Shown here: positions 1-18,900 of the stretch, one piece after another
How the letters are laid out: each line of letters opens with the position of its first letter
Position numbering within the stretch: the first letter of the stretch is position 1
Assembly (NCBI GenBank): GCA_002269645.1
Contig: NIVC01004908.1
Coordinates: 1 to 31,832, forward strand
Reading direction: 5' to 3'
DNA length: 31,832 nt
From: Macrostomum lignano
Taxonomy: Eukaryota
The notes under the pieces: model-generated
What the model was told of the DNA's origin: nothing
The model's input: the letters and a program-made list of their open reading frames with translations, nothing else
The model's database searches: none
Position numbers and translations under genes: made by a program

Positions 1-236
1 CTGCGGAGTGAGGTGCTGTGGATGAGGAGGCTATGGAGTGAGGTGGCTGTGGATGAGGTTGGCTGCGGAGTGAGGTGGCTGTGGAGTGAGGTGGCTGCGG
101 AGTGAGGTGGCTGTGGAGTGAGGGTGGCTGCGGAGGTGACTGTGGAGTGAGGTGGCTGAGGAGCGAGGTGGCTGTGGAGTGAGGTGGCTGGGAGCGGAGG
201 TGGCTGTGGAGTGAGTGCTGGGGAGCGAGGTGGCTG
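1..236 (+). repeat. Intronic ~16-bp minisatellite (gtgaggtggctgtgga), ~14 degenerate copies
   Basis: Direct inspection; many 1-nt indels. Confidence 0.9.
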
Positions 237-280
237 GGATTATCGGGAAACTATTATCTCAGCTTCTCCCCCGCATTCAG

Positions 281-7584
<7,304 letters not shown>

Positions 7585-8233
7585 CAGATAAAAACATTTC
7601 AATGACACATCAAAAAGGGTTGGAAGAGTTTTAAAAAGATTGTTGACAAAGAATTTTCAGATATCTACGAGTGTAAAACTGTCAGCCAATTAATTTTTGA
7701 AGGCCGACTCTTATTTATTTTTAAACACGGTAGCTCGTACTTGCTTTCTTTCTTCATCGAAAGGCGAAATTTTCGTTAACTTTTATTGAAATGTTCGATA
7801 ACCTTTTTTCCTAGAAATTCATTTATTCTAACAAAAAATCGAAGTAAATTAAATATTCGACGCTCGCCTTCATATGAAGTCGCGATAAACTAACTGGTTA
7901 TTATTCAGATAAAGAACCGCGCGTTTTGGCCGATTATAGGATAAATAGTTAGTATTCATCTATTAATTAACCTGATTAATTCACCGTAGGTATTTTCAGA
8001 TCTTAAAATAATTGTAATTTTTAATGAAAGTTCGTAAATTTTCTCTGTATATTTGCAAAAATCACCCATCTATCCATATCTATCTAGTTTTCACAATTTT
8101 AAAGAAAATTCTACTCAAAAATATATTTAAGCGTGCGGTTGTTTTTCTTTTCTTCAACGCTCACACTTTCACAGAGCTGCATCTCGCTGAGCATTATTTA
8201 CTAACATCATGTCACATGTGGTTCGGTAGTTAA

Positions 8234-8595
8234 TCTAACAGGTGACACTCCTATCTAACAGGTGACTCTCCTGTCTAACAGGTGACACTCCTGACTAACA
8301 GGTGACACTCCTGTCTAACAGGTGACTCTCCTGTCTAACAGGTGACTCTCCTGTCTAACAGGTGATTCTCCTGTCTAACAGGTGACACTCCTGACTAACA
8401 GGTGATTCTCCTGTCTAACAGGTGATTCTCCTGTCTAACAGGTGATTCTCCTGTCTAACAGGTGACTCTCCTGTCTAACAGGTGACTCTCCTGTCTAACA
8501 GGTGACACTCCTGTCTAACAGGTGCCACTCCTGTCTAACAGGTGGCACTCCTGTCTAACAGGTGGCACTCCTGTCTAACAGGTGACTCTCCTGTC
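8234..8595 (+). repeat. Intergenic 20-bp minisatellite (tctaacaggtgactctcctg), 18 copies
   Basis: Direct inspection; located between the convergent 3' ends of the CUB gene and the GPCR. Confidence 0.96.
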
Positions 8596-8609
8596 GTACA
8601 TGTAATAAC

Positions 8610-8615
8610 TTTATT
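8610..8615 (-). promoter_or_regulatory. Candidate polyadenylation signal (AATAAA) of the GPCR
   Basis: tttatt on +, ~270 nt past the GPCR stop. Confidence 0.45.
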
Positions 8616-8882
8616 TTAAACAAGCACTCTAAAAGACACTTTCAAGGTGGTTCCCCTCACCATCGGACTTGCTATTGCCAGTGCACTGATGCACAGATAT
8701 ATTATTTAGCATCACATTTTTTGTTAATTAAATCGTAAAAAAGTTCGGAGTCTTAAATGGTAAGTGAGCTCAAACTAAAAATATAATAACATTAATGAGT
8801 AACCAGAGAATAGCAAGAGATGTCACACGATGCACTTCAAAGGTCCAGCGTACATAGCAATGGCATTGAGAGAAAAAATGTT

Positions 8883-10364
8883 TTATAGAGTGGACTGGAG
8901 ACTGGACTGCATCACTTGAACGCCCCACGTTGCAGCGCTGTAGCGAGAAGTCGAGCCAGATTGCGGCATCGGAGGTGGCGGAGGCGGAGGCGGAGGCGGC
9001 GTCGGCACCTCGGCGCAGCGGTCCAGCGACTCCATGCGGCGCATGTAGGCGGCGGGCGGCGGCGGAGGAGGCGGCACCGGACGAGGAGGCGGCGGCTGAG
9101 GCCCCTCGTGCAGGCCGCTGCTGAAGAACTCGCTGTTGCTGTAGACGCCGCCGCCGCCCCCAGCCAGCGAAGGCAGCGACGGCAGCAGCTGAGGCGGCTC
9201 CGAGGCGGCCTGAAAGCTGTCGCTGGATGATGGCAGTAGCTGCCTCAGATGTCGGCCACCGGAGCGACTCAGAGTGGCCGCCTCCTCGGACTCGCCGGAG
9301 TCTATTCGGCGAAGTCGCAGCCGCGGCGGCGTCTCGGAGCGGCAGCAGCCGCGGCCGCCGACTAGGCAGGCCAGCACGAACGGGTTGACGGCTGAGTTGC
9401 AGCAGGCGAACATGGTGAGGACTCGGTAGGCCACCGGCTGCCCTGAGTAGCTGGGGTCGGCCAGGGTCAGGGCGAACAGGGGGTACCAGAACAGCACGAA
9501 CAGCACCGTGAGCAGCAGCAGCATGTACAGCTTGGTCATGGCGTGGCGCTGAATCCGGCGCAGCAGGGCTCGCTCGGCCGCGGGGTCCGGACAGCCGGCC
9601 GGCTCGCCGGGTCCACCTGGCCGCTCCAGCGACTGCCTGACGGTGCGCGACAGCTGACTGTCTGCCAGTTGACCGGCCGCGATGTCCTGGTAGAGCTTGC
9701 GCAGGTACAGCACGGCCAGGCCCACTGCCAGGGTGACCAGGGTGATCCACAGCGCGTGCAGGACGTAGTTCCGAGTCTCGCCGTAGCGAAAAGTGCAATG
9801 CCCGATCTTCTCAACGTAGCTGGGATTGCCGGGCAGGAAGGCAACGCCCAGGTTGAGGATGATGCTGGCGAACCAGATGGTGCTGATGCTGAACAGGATG
9901 CAGCAGCAGCTGCCGCTGTCCTTCACGCCGGCGTTCAAATCGGCGTAGACGTAGGCCTCGCTCATGACCATGGCCAGCAGGTTGAAGGCCGTGCCGGTGA
10001 CGCAGACGATGAAGGAGCCGCCAAGGAGGCTGCAGAACCGGGGCTCCTGTTCATACAGAAGGCTGTTGGCGAACAGGAGGCTGTAAAGTGCCTTCATCAG
10101 GTCCAGCAGGCAGTGGTGAAACATGAACGAATTGGCGGCTTTTCTCAATCGCTTCACTGACAGGATCACCAGCGGGATGCCGACGTTGCCGACGATCCCG
10201 ACGATGCTGGCGCAGACCAGCAGGCCGTACTCGGCGTAGCGGGCGATGCCGAGCGAGTCTGGCGCCGGCGAGGCGACTGGCGGCAGACGGCGGAGGAACG
10301 GCGACTCGGTGTACGCGTCGGCGGGCTGCAGGTCCTGGCTGACGGCGGCAGGCGGTGTCGGCAT
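8883..10364 (-). CDS. Orphan rhodopsin-class (class A) GPCR, SREB/GPR85-like, 493 aa, intronless CDS
   Basis: Seven hydrophobic segments. TM1 GIVGN, TM2 HHCLLDL, Cys at the top of TM3 and in ECL2 (GHCTF), TM4 W, TM6 FVLFWYP, TM7 NSAVNPFVL. Start placed at ATG 10364 (gccATG), 12 nt after acceptor tccgtcctgcag. The SREB-like call comes from recalled family motifs. Confidence 0.9.
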   Translation of the reverse strand: MPTPPAAVSQDLQPADAYTESPFLRRLPPVASPAPDSLGIARYAEYGLLVCASIVGIVGNVGIPLVILSVKRLRKAANSFMFHHCLLDLMKALYSLLFANSLLYEQEPRFCSLLGGSFIVCVTGTAFNLLAMVMSEAYVYADLNAGVKDSGSCCCILFSISTIWFASIILNLGVAFLPGNPSYVEKIGHCTFRYGETRNYVLHALWITLVTLAVGLAVLYLRKLYQDIAAGQLADSQLSRTVRQSLERPGGPGEPAGCPDPAAERALLRRIQRHAMTKLYMLLLLTVLFVLFWYPLFALTLADPSYSGQPVAYRVLTMFACCNSAVNPFVLACLVGGRGCCRSETPPRLRLRRIDSGESEEAATLSRSGGRHLRQLLPSSSDSFQAASEPPQLLPSLPSLAGGGGGVYSNSEFFSSGLHEGPQPPPPRPVPPPPPPPAAYMRRMESLDRCAEVPTPPPPPPPPPPMPQSGSTSRYSAATWGVQVMQSSLQSTL

Positions 10365-10480
10365 GGCAGCGAAGGACTGCAGGACGGAGAAGCGCGAGTT
10401 ACAGGTTTGGATTGGAGTGCAGAGAAATGGCATTCATAGTGGAAGAATGCGTCAGAATAAGCTAAGCATTAAAACTTATG

Positions 10481-10710
10481 TGTCAGTAGGTGAAAGTGTT
10501 AGTAGGTGAAAGTGTCAGTAGGTGAAAGTGTTAGTAGATAAAAGTGTTAGTAGGTGAAAATGTCAGCAAGTGAAAGTGTCAGTAGGTGATAGTGTCAGTT
10601 AAATGAAAGTGTCAGTAGGTGAAAGTGTTAGTATATGAAAGTGTTAGTAGGTGAAAGTGTTAGTTGGTGAAAGTGTCAGTAGGTGAAAGTGTTAGTAGAT
10701 AAAAGTGTCA
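10481..10710 (+). repeat. 16-bp minisatellite (tgtcagtaggtgaaag) in the putative GPCR 5'UTR intron
   Basis: Period of 16 checked at 10501/10517. Confidence 0.9.
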
Positions 10711-11758
10711 AGATTCAGTGTCAGTAGATAAAGTGTCAAGATTTAGTGTAAGCAGATAAAGTGTCAAGATTCAGTGTCAGTAGATAAAGTGTCAAGATTC
10801 AGTGTCAGCAGATAAAGTGTCAAGATTCAGTGTCAGTAGATAAAGTGTCAAGATTTAGTGTCAGTAGATAAAGTGTCAAGATCCAGTGTCAGTAGATAAG
10901 GTGTCAAGATTCAGTGTCAGTAGATAAGTGTCAGATTCAATATTAGTAGATAAAAGAGTCAGAATTCAGTGTCAGTAGGTAAGGTGTCAAGATTCAGTGT
11001 CAGTAGATAAAGTGTCAAGATTCAGTGTCAGTAGATAAAGTGTCAAGATTCAGTGTCAGTAGATAAAGTGTCAAGATTCAGTGTCAGCAGAGATAAGGTA
11101 TCAAGATTCAGTGTCAGTAGATAAGGTGTCAAGATTCAGTGTCAGCAGATAAAGTGTCAAGATTCAGTGTCAGCAGATAAGGTGTCAGGATTCAGTGTCA
11201 GTAGATAAGGTCTCAAGATTCAGTGTCAGTAGATAAGGTGTCAGCATTCAGTGATAGGGGGCCGTAGCCCAGCGGTAGCGCAGCTGCTCTGGTGTGCCAG
11301 CGACCCAATTCCAAGTGCAGTCACATTAATTTGGGGCTGAATTGGAATCTCGGCTTGGCTCTGCTCGTGCAATTAACGGCCTTGAGAGCCAACCCCCCCA
11401 AGGCGCAGTGAAGTGTACATGCCTAACGATAAAATAAAGTTAGGGCCGCTGTACACTCCTGTGTGAGTGTGTGCCTGCGTACGTATCCGCGCGCTTGTAT
11501 ACCTGCTCAGGGGAGTCGGCGAAATGGGCAGCAATGCCTCTCGCCGGTTGTGTGCCTGTCGCTTAAAGTGCGCCAGGGTGCACACAACCCCCCTGCCTCT
11601 AATAAAAAAAGGTATCAAGATTCAGTGTCAGTAGATAAGGTGTCAGGATTCAGTGTCAGTAGATAAGGTCTCAAGATTCAGTGTCAGGAAACAGTGTCAG
11701 GAAACAGTGTCAGGATTCAGTGTCAGGATTCACTTGTCAGTAGATAAGTGTCAGAAGC
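10705..11758 (+). repeat. 28-bp minisatellite (gtcaagattcagtgtcagtagataaagt), interrupted by a SINE at 11257-11610
   Basis: The same unit continues on both sides of the insertion. Confidence 0.92.
11257..11610 (+). mobile_element. tRNA-derived SINE, copy 1
   Basis: tRNA-like head with A-box TAGCCCAGCGG (11265-11275) and a deleted B-box. A-rich tail (tgcctctaataaaaaaa). Homologous to 25033-25349 and inserted in a satellite. Confidence 0.8.
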
Positions 11759-12017
11759 AAGATGTCACGTAAGTTTGGCTCTCATTTCAGCGCAGAAACC
11801 CGACACGAGTAGTGCAGTAATAAACTCTCAAGTACTTCGAAGTGCTTTCGCAAGTACTTTGCGAAAGCAGTCGACGAGCAAGATAGTTAGTGCTCTACTT
11901 TTAAAGTTAAATTCGGCCTTCAAATAAACTTTCATAGAAGGCGAGTGTGCTGCATCCTGGTGCAATTGCAACTTTTAATTAGTGGGTGCTTGGGCCCGCC
12001 CCCACCCCCTGACTTAC

Positions 12018-12350
12018 CTACCGGCTGCAACAATGCAATCGCAGTAGAATGGAGCTCGTATCAGTGTATAGTATCAGCTGTTCCGCTTCGAGAAAAAGTG
12101 CCTCAGGCCTATAGGTCGGCAATCGATGCCCGCACCCCACACCCCTCGAGCTCCGTTTTAAAAACTAAGGAGGCCTACTCGCGTTTTCTCCAACCCCACG
12201 TCGCTGTAATCCTCTCTCCTGCATTCGAGTCCAGCCGCCTCCTAAGCTATCCCCCCATCCAATCGAGTGAAGGCACGCATCGGATATCGATTGACAATTA
12301 GCGACCGGTCTGGGGGCGCCGGAGCCCAAAACCAATCCGGAGCGAACTCG
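12018..12350 (-). other. Putative non-coding 5' exon / promoter region of the GPCR; 5' limit unknown
   Basis: Strong minus-strand donor cggtag|gtaagt at 12017 pairs with the acceptor at 10377. The region is CpG-rich unique sequence with CCAAT motifs near 12257 and 12332. Confidence 0.45.
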
Positions 12351-12983
12351 ACAGGCGAATCGAAGAGAGAAAAAATATAGAAGCGGCGCAGTTAATTAAA
12401 GACGGGGCCTCTGAGAAAAAAGCGGAAGCGAATGAAAGAAGCTAGGAGCAGCTTGATCAATTAGTTGCCAAGCGGTGCTCAAGCAGAGCTCATGCGCAAT
12501 GCCCGCATGGGATCTGGTTTGATGCATTATAGCCGGTTAGGCTGCTATCTAAATAAGACTCTTGTTTGCATATGGCCAACCGCATCTCTTCACGCAGCCG
12601 GCGAATCTTGGCCATAACTCGTATATAGCTTGGGTGTAGGATCGATCTGTATTAGAGGCCCAAGTCTATAATCATAGATTTCCTGCCAAGTACATTTGGC
12701 TTAAATCAGCCACGCAAGACTCCCATGCATGCCTAACGTTTTGCCCAAGGAGGTGGCCGCTCAATTGGGCTCGGCTGAGTTAGAAAGGAAGCCTGTTAGC
12801 TGAGCCCCAGTGCAAACACGAGCCATGCCGGTCGATATTGACTGACATCTCTGGTGGCAGAATCAGCTACGGATTGTCCCTTAGCTAAGGCAATAAATCA
12901 ATTGCATGCAGCTGGAATTGACCAAACCTCTGGCCCAATTGACGCAAAACTTTATTGGCAATCAAAGTTCCTTTTTGAACTCT

Positions 12984-15900
12984 GTCAGAATAGCTGTCAG
13001 AAGCTAAGAATGTCAGTAGCTATGTCAGAATAGCTGTCAGAAGCTAAGAATGTCAGTAGCTATGTCAGAATAGCTGTCAGAAGCTAAGAATGTCAGTAGC
13101 TATGTCAGAATAGCTGTCAGAAGCTAAGAATGTCAGTAGCTATGTCAGAATAGCTGTCAGAAGCTAAGAATGTCAGTAGCTATGTCAGAATAGCTGTCAG
13201 AAGCTAAGAATGTCAGTAGCTATGTCAGAATAGCTGTCAGAAGATAAGAATGTCAGTAGCTATGTCAGAATAGCTGTCAGAAGCTAAGAATGTCAGTAGC
13301 TATGTCAGAATAGCTCTCAGAAGCTAAGAATGTCAGTAGCTATGTCAGAATAACTGTCAGAAGCTAAGAATGTCAGTAGCTATGTCAGAATAGCTCTCAG
13401 AAGCTAAGAATGTCAGTAGCTATGTCAGAATAGCTGTCAGAAGCTAAGAATGCAGTAGCTATGTCAGAATAGCTGTCAGAAGCTAAGAATGTCAGTAGCT
13501 ATGTCAGAATAGCTGTCAGAAGATAAGAATGTCAGTAGCTATGTCAGAATAGCTGTCAGAAGCTAAGAATGTCAGTAGCTATGTCAGAATAGCTGTCAGA
13601 AGCTAAGAATGTCAGTAGCTATGTCAGAATAACTGTCAGAAGCTAAGAATGTCAGTAGCTATGTCAGAATAGCTCTCAGAAGCTAAGAATGTCAGTAGCT
13701 ATGTCAGAATAGCTGTCAGAAGCTAAGAATGTCAGTAGCTATGTCAGAATAGCTATCAGAAGCTAAGAACGTCAGTAGCTATGTCAGAATAGCTGTCAGA
13801 AGCTAAGAATGTCAGTAGCTATGTCAGAATAGCTCTCAGAAGCTAAGAATGTCAGTAGCTATGTCAGAATAACTGTCAGAAGCTAAGAATGTCAGTAGCT
13901 ATGTCAGAATAGCTCTCAGAAGCTAAGAATGTCAGTAGCTATGTCAGAATAGCTGTCAGAAGCTAAGAATGTCAGTAGCTATGTCAGAATAGCTATCAGA
14001 AGCTAAGAATGTCAGTAGCTATGTCAGAATATAAGAATGTCAGTAGCTATGTCAGAATAGCTCTCAGAAGCTAAGAATGTCAGTAGCTATGTCAGAATAG
14101 CTGTCAGAAGCTAAGAATGTCAGTAGCTATGTCAGAATAGCTATCAGAAGCTAAGAATGTCAGTAGCTATGTCAGAATAGCTGTCAGAAGCTAAGAATGT
14201 CAGTAGCTATGTCAGAATAGCTCTCAGAAGCTAAGAATGTCAGTAGCTATGTCAGAATAGCTGTCAGAAGCTAAGAATGTCAGTAGCTATGTCAGAATAG
14301 CTGTCAGAAGCTAAGAATGTCAGTAGCTATGTCAGAATAGCTGTCAGAAGCTAAGAATGTCAGTAGCTATGTCAGAATAGCTATCAGAAGCTAAGAATGT
14401 CAGTAGCTATGTCAGAATAGCTGTCAGAAGCTAAGAATGTCAGTAGCTATGTCAGAATAGCTCTCAGAAGCTAAGAATGTCAGTAGCTATGTCAGAATAG
14501 CTGTCAGAAGCTAAGAATGTCAGTAGCTATGTCAGAATAGCTCTCAGAAGCTAAGAATGTCAGTAGCTATGTCAGAATAGCTGTCAGAAGCTAAGAATGT
14601 CAGTAGCTATGTCAGAATAGCTGTCAGAAGCTAAGAATGTCAGTAGCTATGTCAGAATAGCTGTCAGAAGCTAAGAATGTCAGTAGCTATGTCAGAATAG
14701 CTGTCAGAAGCTAAGAATGTCAGTAGCTATGTCAGAATAGCTGTCAGAAGCTAAGAATGTCAGTAGCTATGTCAGAATAGCTGTCAGAAGCTAAGAATGT
14801 CAGTAGCTATGTCAGAATAGCTGTCAGAAGCTAAGAATGTCAGTAGCTATGTCAGAATAGCTGTCAGAAGCTAAGAATGTCAGTAGCTATGTCAGAATAG
14901 CTGTCAGAAGCTAAGAATGTCAGTAGCTATGTCAGAATAGCTGTCAGAAGCTAAGAATGTCAGTAGCTATGTCAGAATAGCTGTCAGAAGCTAAGAATGT
15001 CAGTAGCTATGTCAGAATAGCTGTCAGAAGCTAAGAACGTCAGTAGCTATGTCAGAATAGCTGTCAGAAGCTAAGAACGTCAGTAGCTATGTCAGAATAG
15101 CTGTCAGAAGCTAAGAATGTCAGTAGCTATGTCAGAATAGCTGTCAGAAGCTAAGAATGTCAGTAGCTATGTCAGAATAGCTGTCAGAAGCTAAGAATGT
15201 CAGTAGCTATGTCAGAATAGCTGTCAGAAGCTAAGAATGTCAGTAGCTATGTCAGAATAGCTGTCAGAAGCTAAGAATGTCAGTAGCTATGTCAGAATAG
15301 CTGTCAGAAGCTAAGAACGTCAGTAGCTATGTCAGAATAGCTGTCAGAAGCTAAGAATGTCAGTAGCTATGTAGAATAGCTGTCAGAAGCTAAGAATGTC
15401 AGTAGCTATGTAGAATAGCTGTCAGAAGCTAAGAATGTCAGTAGCTATGTCAGAATAGCTGTCAGAAGCTAAGAATGTCAGTAGCTATGTCAAGAATAGC
15501 TGTCAGAAGCTAAGAATGTCAGTAGCTATGTAAGAATAGCTGTCAGAAGCTAAGAACGTCAGTAGCTATGTAAGAATAGCTGTCAGAAGCTAAGAATGTC
15601 AGTAGCTATGTCAGAATAGCTGTCAGAAGCTAAGAATGTCAGTAGCTATGTCAGAATAGCTGTCAGAAGCTAAGAATGTCAGTAGCTATGTCAGAATAGC
15701 TGTCAGAAGCTAAGAATGTCAGTAGCTATGTCAGAATAGCTGTCAGAAGCTAAGAATGTCAGTAGCTATGTCAGAATAGCTGTCAGAAGCTAAGAATGTC
15801 AGTAGAAGCTATGTCAGTAGCTATGTCAGAATAGCTGTCAGAAGCTAAGAATGTCAGTAGCTATGTCAGAATAGCTGTCAGAAGCTAAGAATGTCAGTAG

Positions 15901-18900
15901 CTATGTCAGAATAGCTGTCAGAAGCTAAGAATGTCAGTAGCTATGTCAGAATAGCTGTCAGAAGCTAAGAATGTCAGTAGCTATGTCAGAATAGCTGTCA
16001 GAAGCTAAGAATGTCAGTAGCTATGTCAGAATAGCTGTCAGAAGCTAAGAATGTCAGTAGCTATGTCAGAATAGCTGTCAGAAGCTAAGAATGTCAGTAG
16101 CTATGTCAGAATAGCTGTCAGAAGCTAAGAATGTCAGTAGCTATGTCAGAATAGCTGTCAGAAGCTAAGAATGTCAGTAGCTATGTCAGAATAGCTGTCA
16201 GAAGCTAAGAATGTCAGTAGCTATGTCAGAATAGCTGTCAGAAGCTAAGAATGTCAGTAGCTATGTCAGAATAGCTGTCAGAAGCTAAGAATGTCAGTAG
16301 CTATGTCAGAATAGCTGTCAGAAGCTAAGAATGTCAGTAGCTATGTCAGAATAGCTGTCAGAAGCTAAGAATGTCAGTAGCTATGTCAGAATAGCTGTCA
16401 GAAGCTAAGAATGTCAGTAGCTATGTCAGAATAGCTGTCAGAAGCTAAGAATGTCAGTAGCTATGTCAGAATAGCTGTCAGAAGCTAAGAATGTCAGTAG
16501 CTATGTCAGAATAGCTGTCAGAAGCTAAGAATGTCAGTAGCTATGTCAGAATAGCTGTCAGAAGCTAAGAATGTCAGTAGCTATGTCAGAATAGCTGTCA
16601 GAAGCTAAGAATGTCAGTAGCTATGTCAGAATAGCTGTCAGAAGCTAAGAATGTCAGTAGCTATGTCAGAATAGCTGTCAGAAGCTAAGAATGTCAGTAG
16701 CTATGTCAGAATAGCTGTCAGAAGCTAAGAATGTCAGTAGCTATGTCAGAATAGCTGTCAGAAGCTAAGAATGTCAGTAGCTATGTCAGAATAGCTGTCA
16801 GAAGCTAAGAATGTCAGTAGCTATGTCAGAATAGCTGTCAGAAGCTAAGAATGTCAGTAGCTATGTCAGAATAGCTGTCAGAAGCTAAGAATGTCAGTAG
16901 CTATGTCAGAATAGCTGTCAGAAGCTAAGAATGTCAGTAGCTATGTCAGAATAGCTGTCAGAAGCTAAGAATGTCAGTAGCTATGTCAGAATAGCTGTCA
17001 GAAGCTAAGAATGTCAGTAGCTATGTCAGAATAGCTGTCAGAAGCTAAGAATGTCAGTAGCTATGTCAGAATAGCTGTCAGAAGCTAAGAATGTCAGTAG
17101 CTATGTCAGAATAGCTGTCAGAAGCTAAGAATGTCAGTAGCTATGTCAGAATAGCTGTCAGAAGCTAAGAATGTCAGTAGCTATGTCAGAATAGCTGTCA
17201 GAAGCTAAGAATGTCAGTAGCTATGTCAGAATAGCTGTCAGAAGCTAAGAATGTCAGTAGCTATGTCAGAATAGCTGTCAGAAGCTAAGAATGTCAGTAG
17301 CTATGTCAGAATAGCTGTCAGAAGCTAAGAATGTCAGTAGCTATGTCAGAATAGCTGTCAGAAGCTAAGAATGTCAGTAGCTATGTCAGAATAGCTGTCA
17401 GAAGCTAAGAATGTCAGTAGCTATGTCAGAATAGCTGTCAGAAGCTAAGAATGTCAGTAGCTATGTCAGAATAGCTGTCAGAAGCTAAGAATGTCAGTAG
17501 CTATGTCAGAATAGCTGTCAGAAGCTAAGAATGTCAGTAGCTATGTCAGAATAGCTGTCAGAAGCTAAGAATGTCAGTAGCTATGTCAGAATAGCTGTCA
17601 GAAGCTAAGAATGTCAGTAGCTATGTCAGAATAGCTGTCAGAAGCTAAGAATGTCAGTAGCTATGTCAGAATAGCTGTCAGAAGCTAAGAATGTCAGTAG
17701 CTATGTCAGAATAGCTGTCAGAAGCTAAGAATGTCAGTAGCTATGTCAGAATAGCTGTCAGAAGCTAAGAATGTCAGTAGCTATGTCAGAATAGCTGTCA
17801 GAAGCTAAGAATGTCAGTAGCTATGTCAGAATAGCTGTCAGAAGCTAAGAATGTCAGTAGCTATGTCAGAATAGCTGTCAGAAGCTAAGAATGTCAGTAG
17901 CTATGTCAGAATAGCTGTCAGAAGCTAAGAATGTCAGTAGCTATGTCAGAATAGCTGTCAGAAGCTAAGAATGTCAGTAGCTATGTCAGAATAGCTGTCA
18001 GAAGCTAAGAATGTCAGTAGCTATGTCAGAATAGCTGTCAGAAGCTAAGAATGTCAGTAGCTATGTCAGAATAGCTGTCAGAAGCTAAGAATGTCAGTAG
18101 CTATGTCAGAATAGCTGTCAGAAGCTAAGAATGTCAGTAGCTATGTCAGAATAGCTGTCAGAAGCTAAGAATGTCAGTAGCTATGTCAGAATAGCTGTCA
18201 GAAGCTAAGAATGTCAGTAGCTATGTCAGAATAGCTGTCAGAAGCTAAGAATGTCAGTAGCTATGTCAGAATAGCTGTCAGAAGCTAAGAATGTCAGTAG
18301 CTATGTCAGAATAGCTGTCAGAAGCTAAGAATGTCAGTAGCTATGTCAGAATAGCTGTCAGAAGCTAAGAATGTCAGTAGCTATGTCAGAATAGCTGTCA
18401 GAAGCTAAGAATGTCAGTAGCTATGTCAGAATAGCTGTCAGAAGCTAAGAATGTCAGTAGCTATGTCAGAATAGCTGTCAGAAGCTAAGAATGTCAGTAG
18501 CTATGTCAGAATAGCTGTCAGAAGCTAAGAATGTCAGTAGCTATGTCAGAATAGCTGTCAGAAGCTAAGAATGTCAGTAGCTATGTCAGAATAGCTGTCA
18601 GAAGCTAAGAATGTCAGTAGCTATGTCAGAATAGCTGTCAGAAGCTAAGAATGTCAGTAGCTATGTCAGAATAGCTGTCAGAAGCTAAGAATGTCAGTAG
18701 CTATGTCAGAATAGCTGTCAGAAGCTAAGAATGTCAGTAGCTATGTCAGAATAGCTGTCAGAAGCTAAGAATGTCAGTAGCTATGTCAGAATAGCTGTCA
18801 GAAGCTAAGAATGTCAGTAGCTATGTCAGAATAGCTGTCAGAAGCTAAGAATGTCAGTAGCTATGTCAGAATAGCTGTCAGAAGCTAAGAATGTCAGTAG

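Noticed and set aside
10365-10433. N-terminal extension MPFLCTPIQ... of the GPCR ORF
   Set aside because: It spans a good branch/acceptor (ctgtaac...tccgtcctgcag), so it is more likely intronic. ATG 10364 has a better context.
8770-10509. ORFs 8770-9798(-), 8916-9230(+), 9543-10160(+) and others
   Set aside because: They are alternate-frame or antisense shadows of the GC-rich GPCR CDS with no recognisable motifs.
11257-11610. Self-cleaving ribozyme in the SINE (as in schistosome Sm-alpha), and a twister-like caagcc near 29780
   Set aside because: No CUGANGA plus GAAA hammerhead core, and the twister pseudoknot pairings could not be built.
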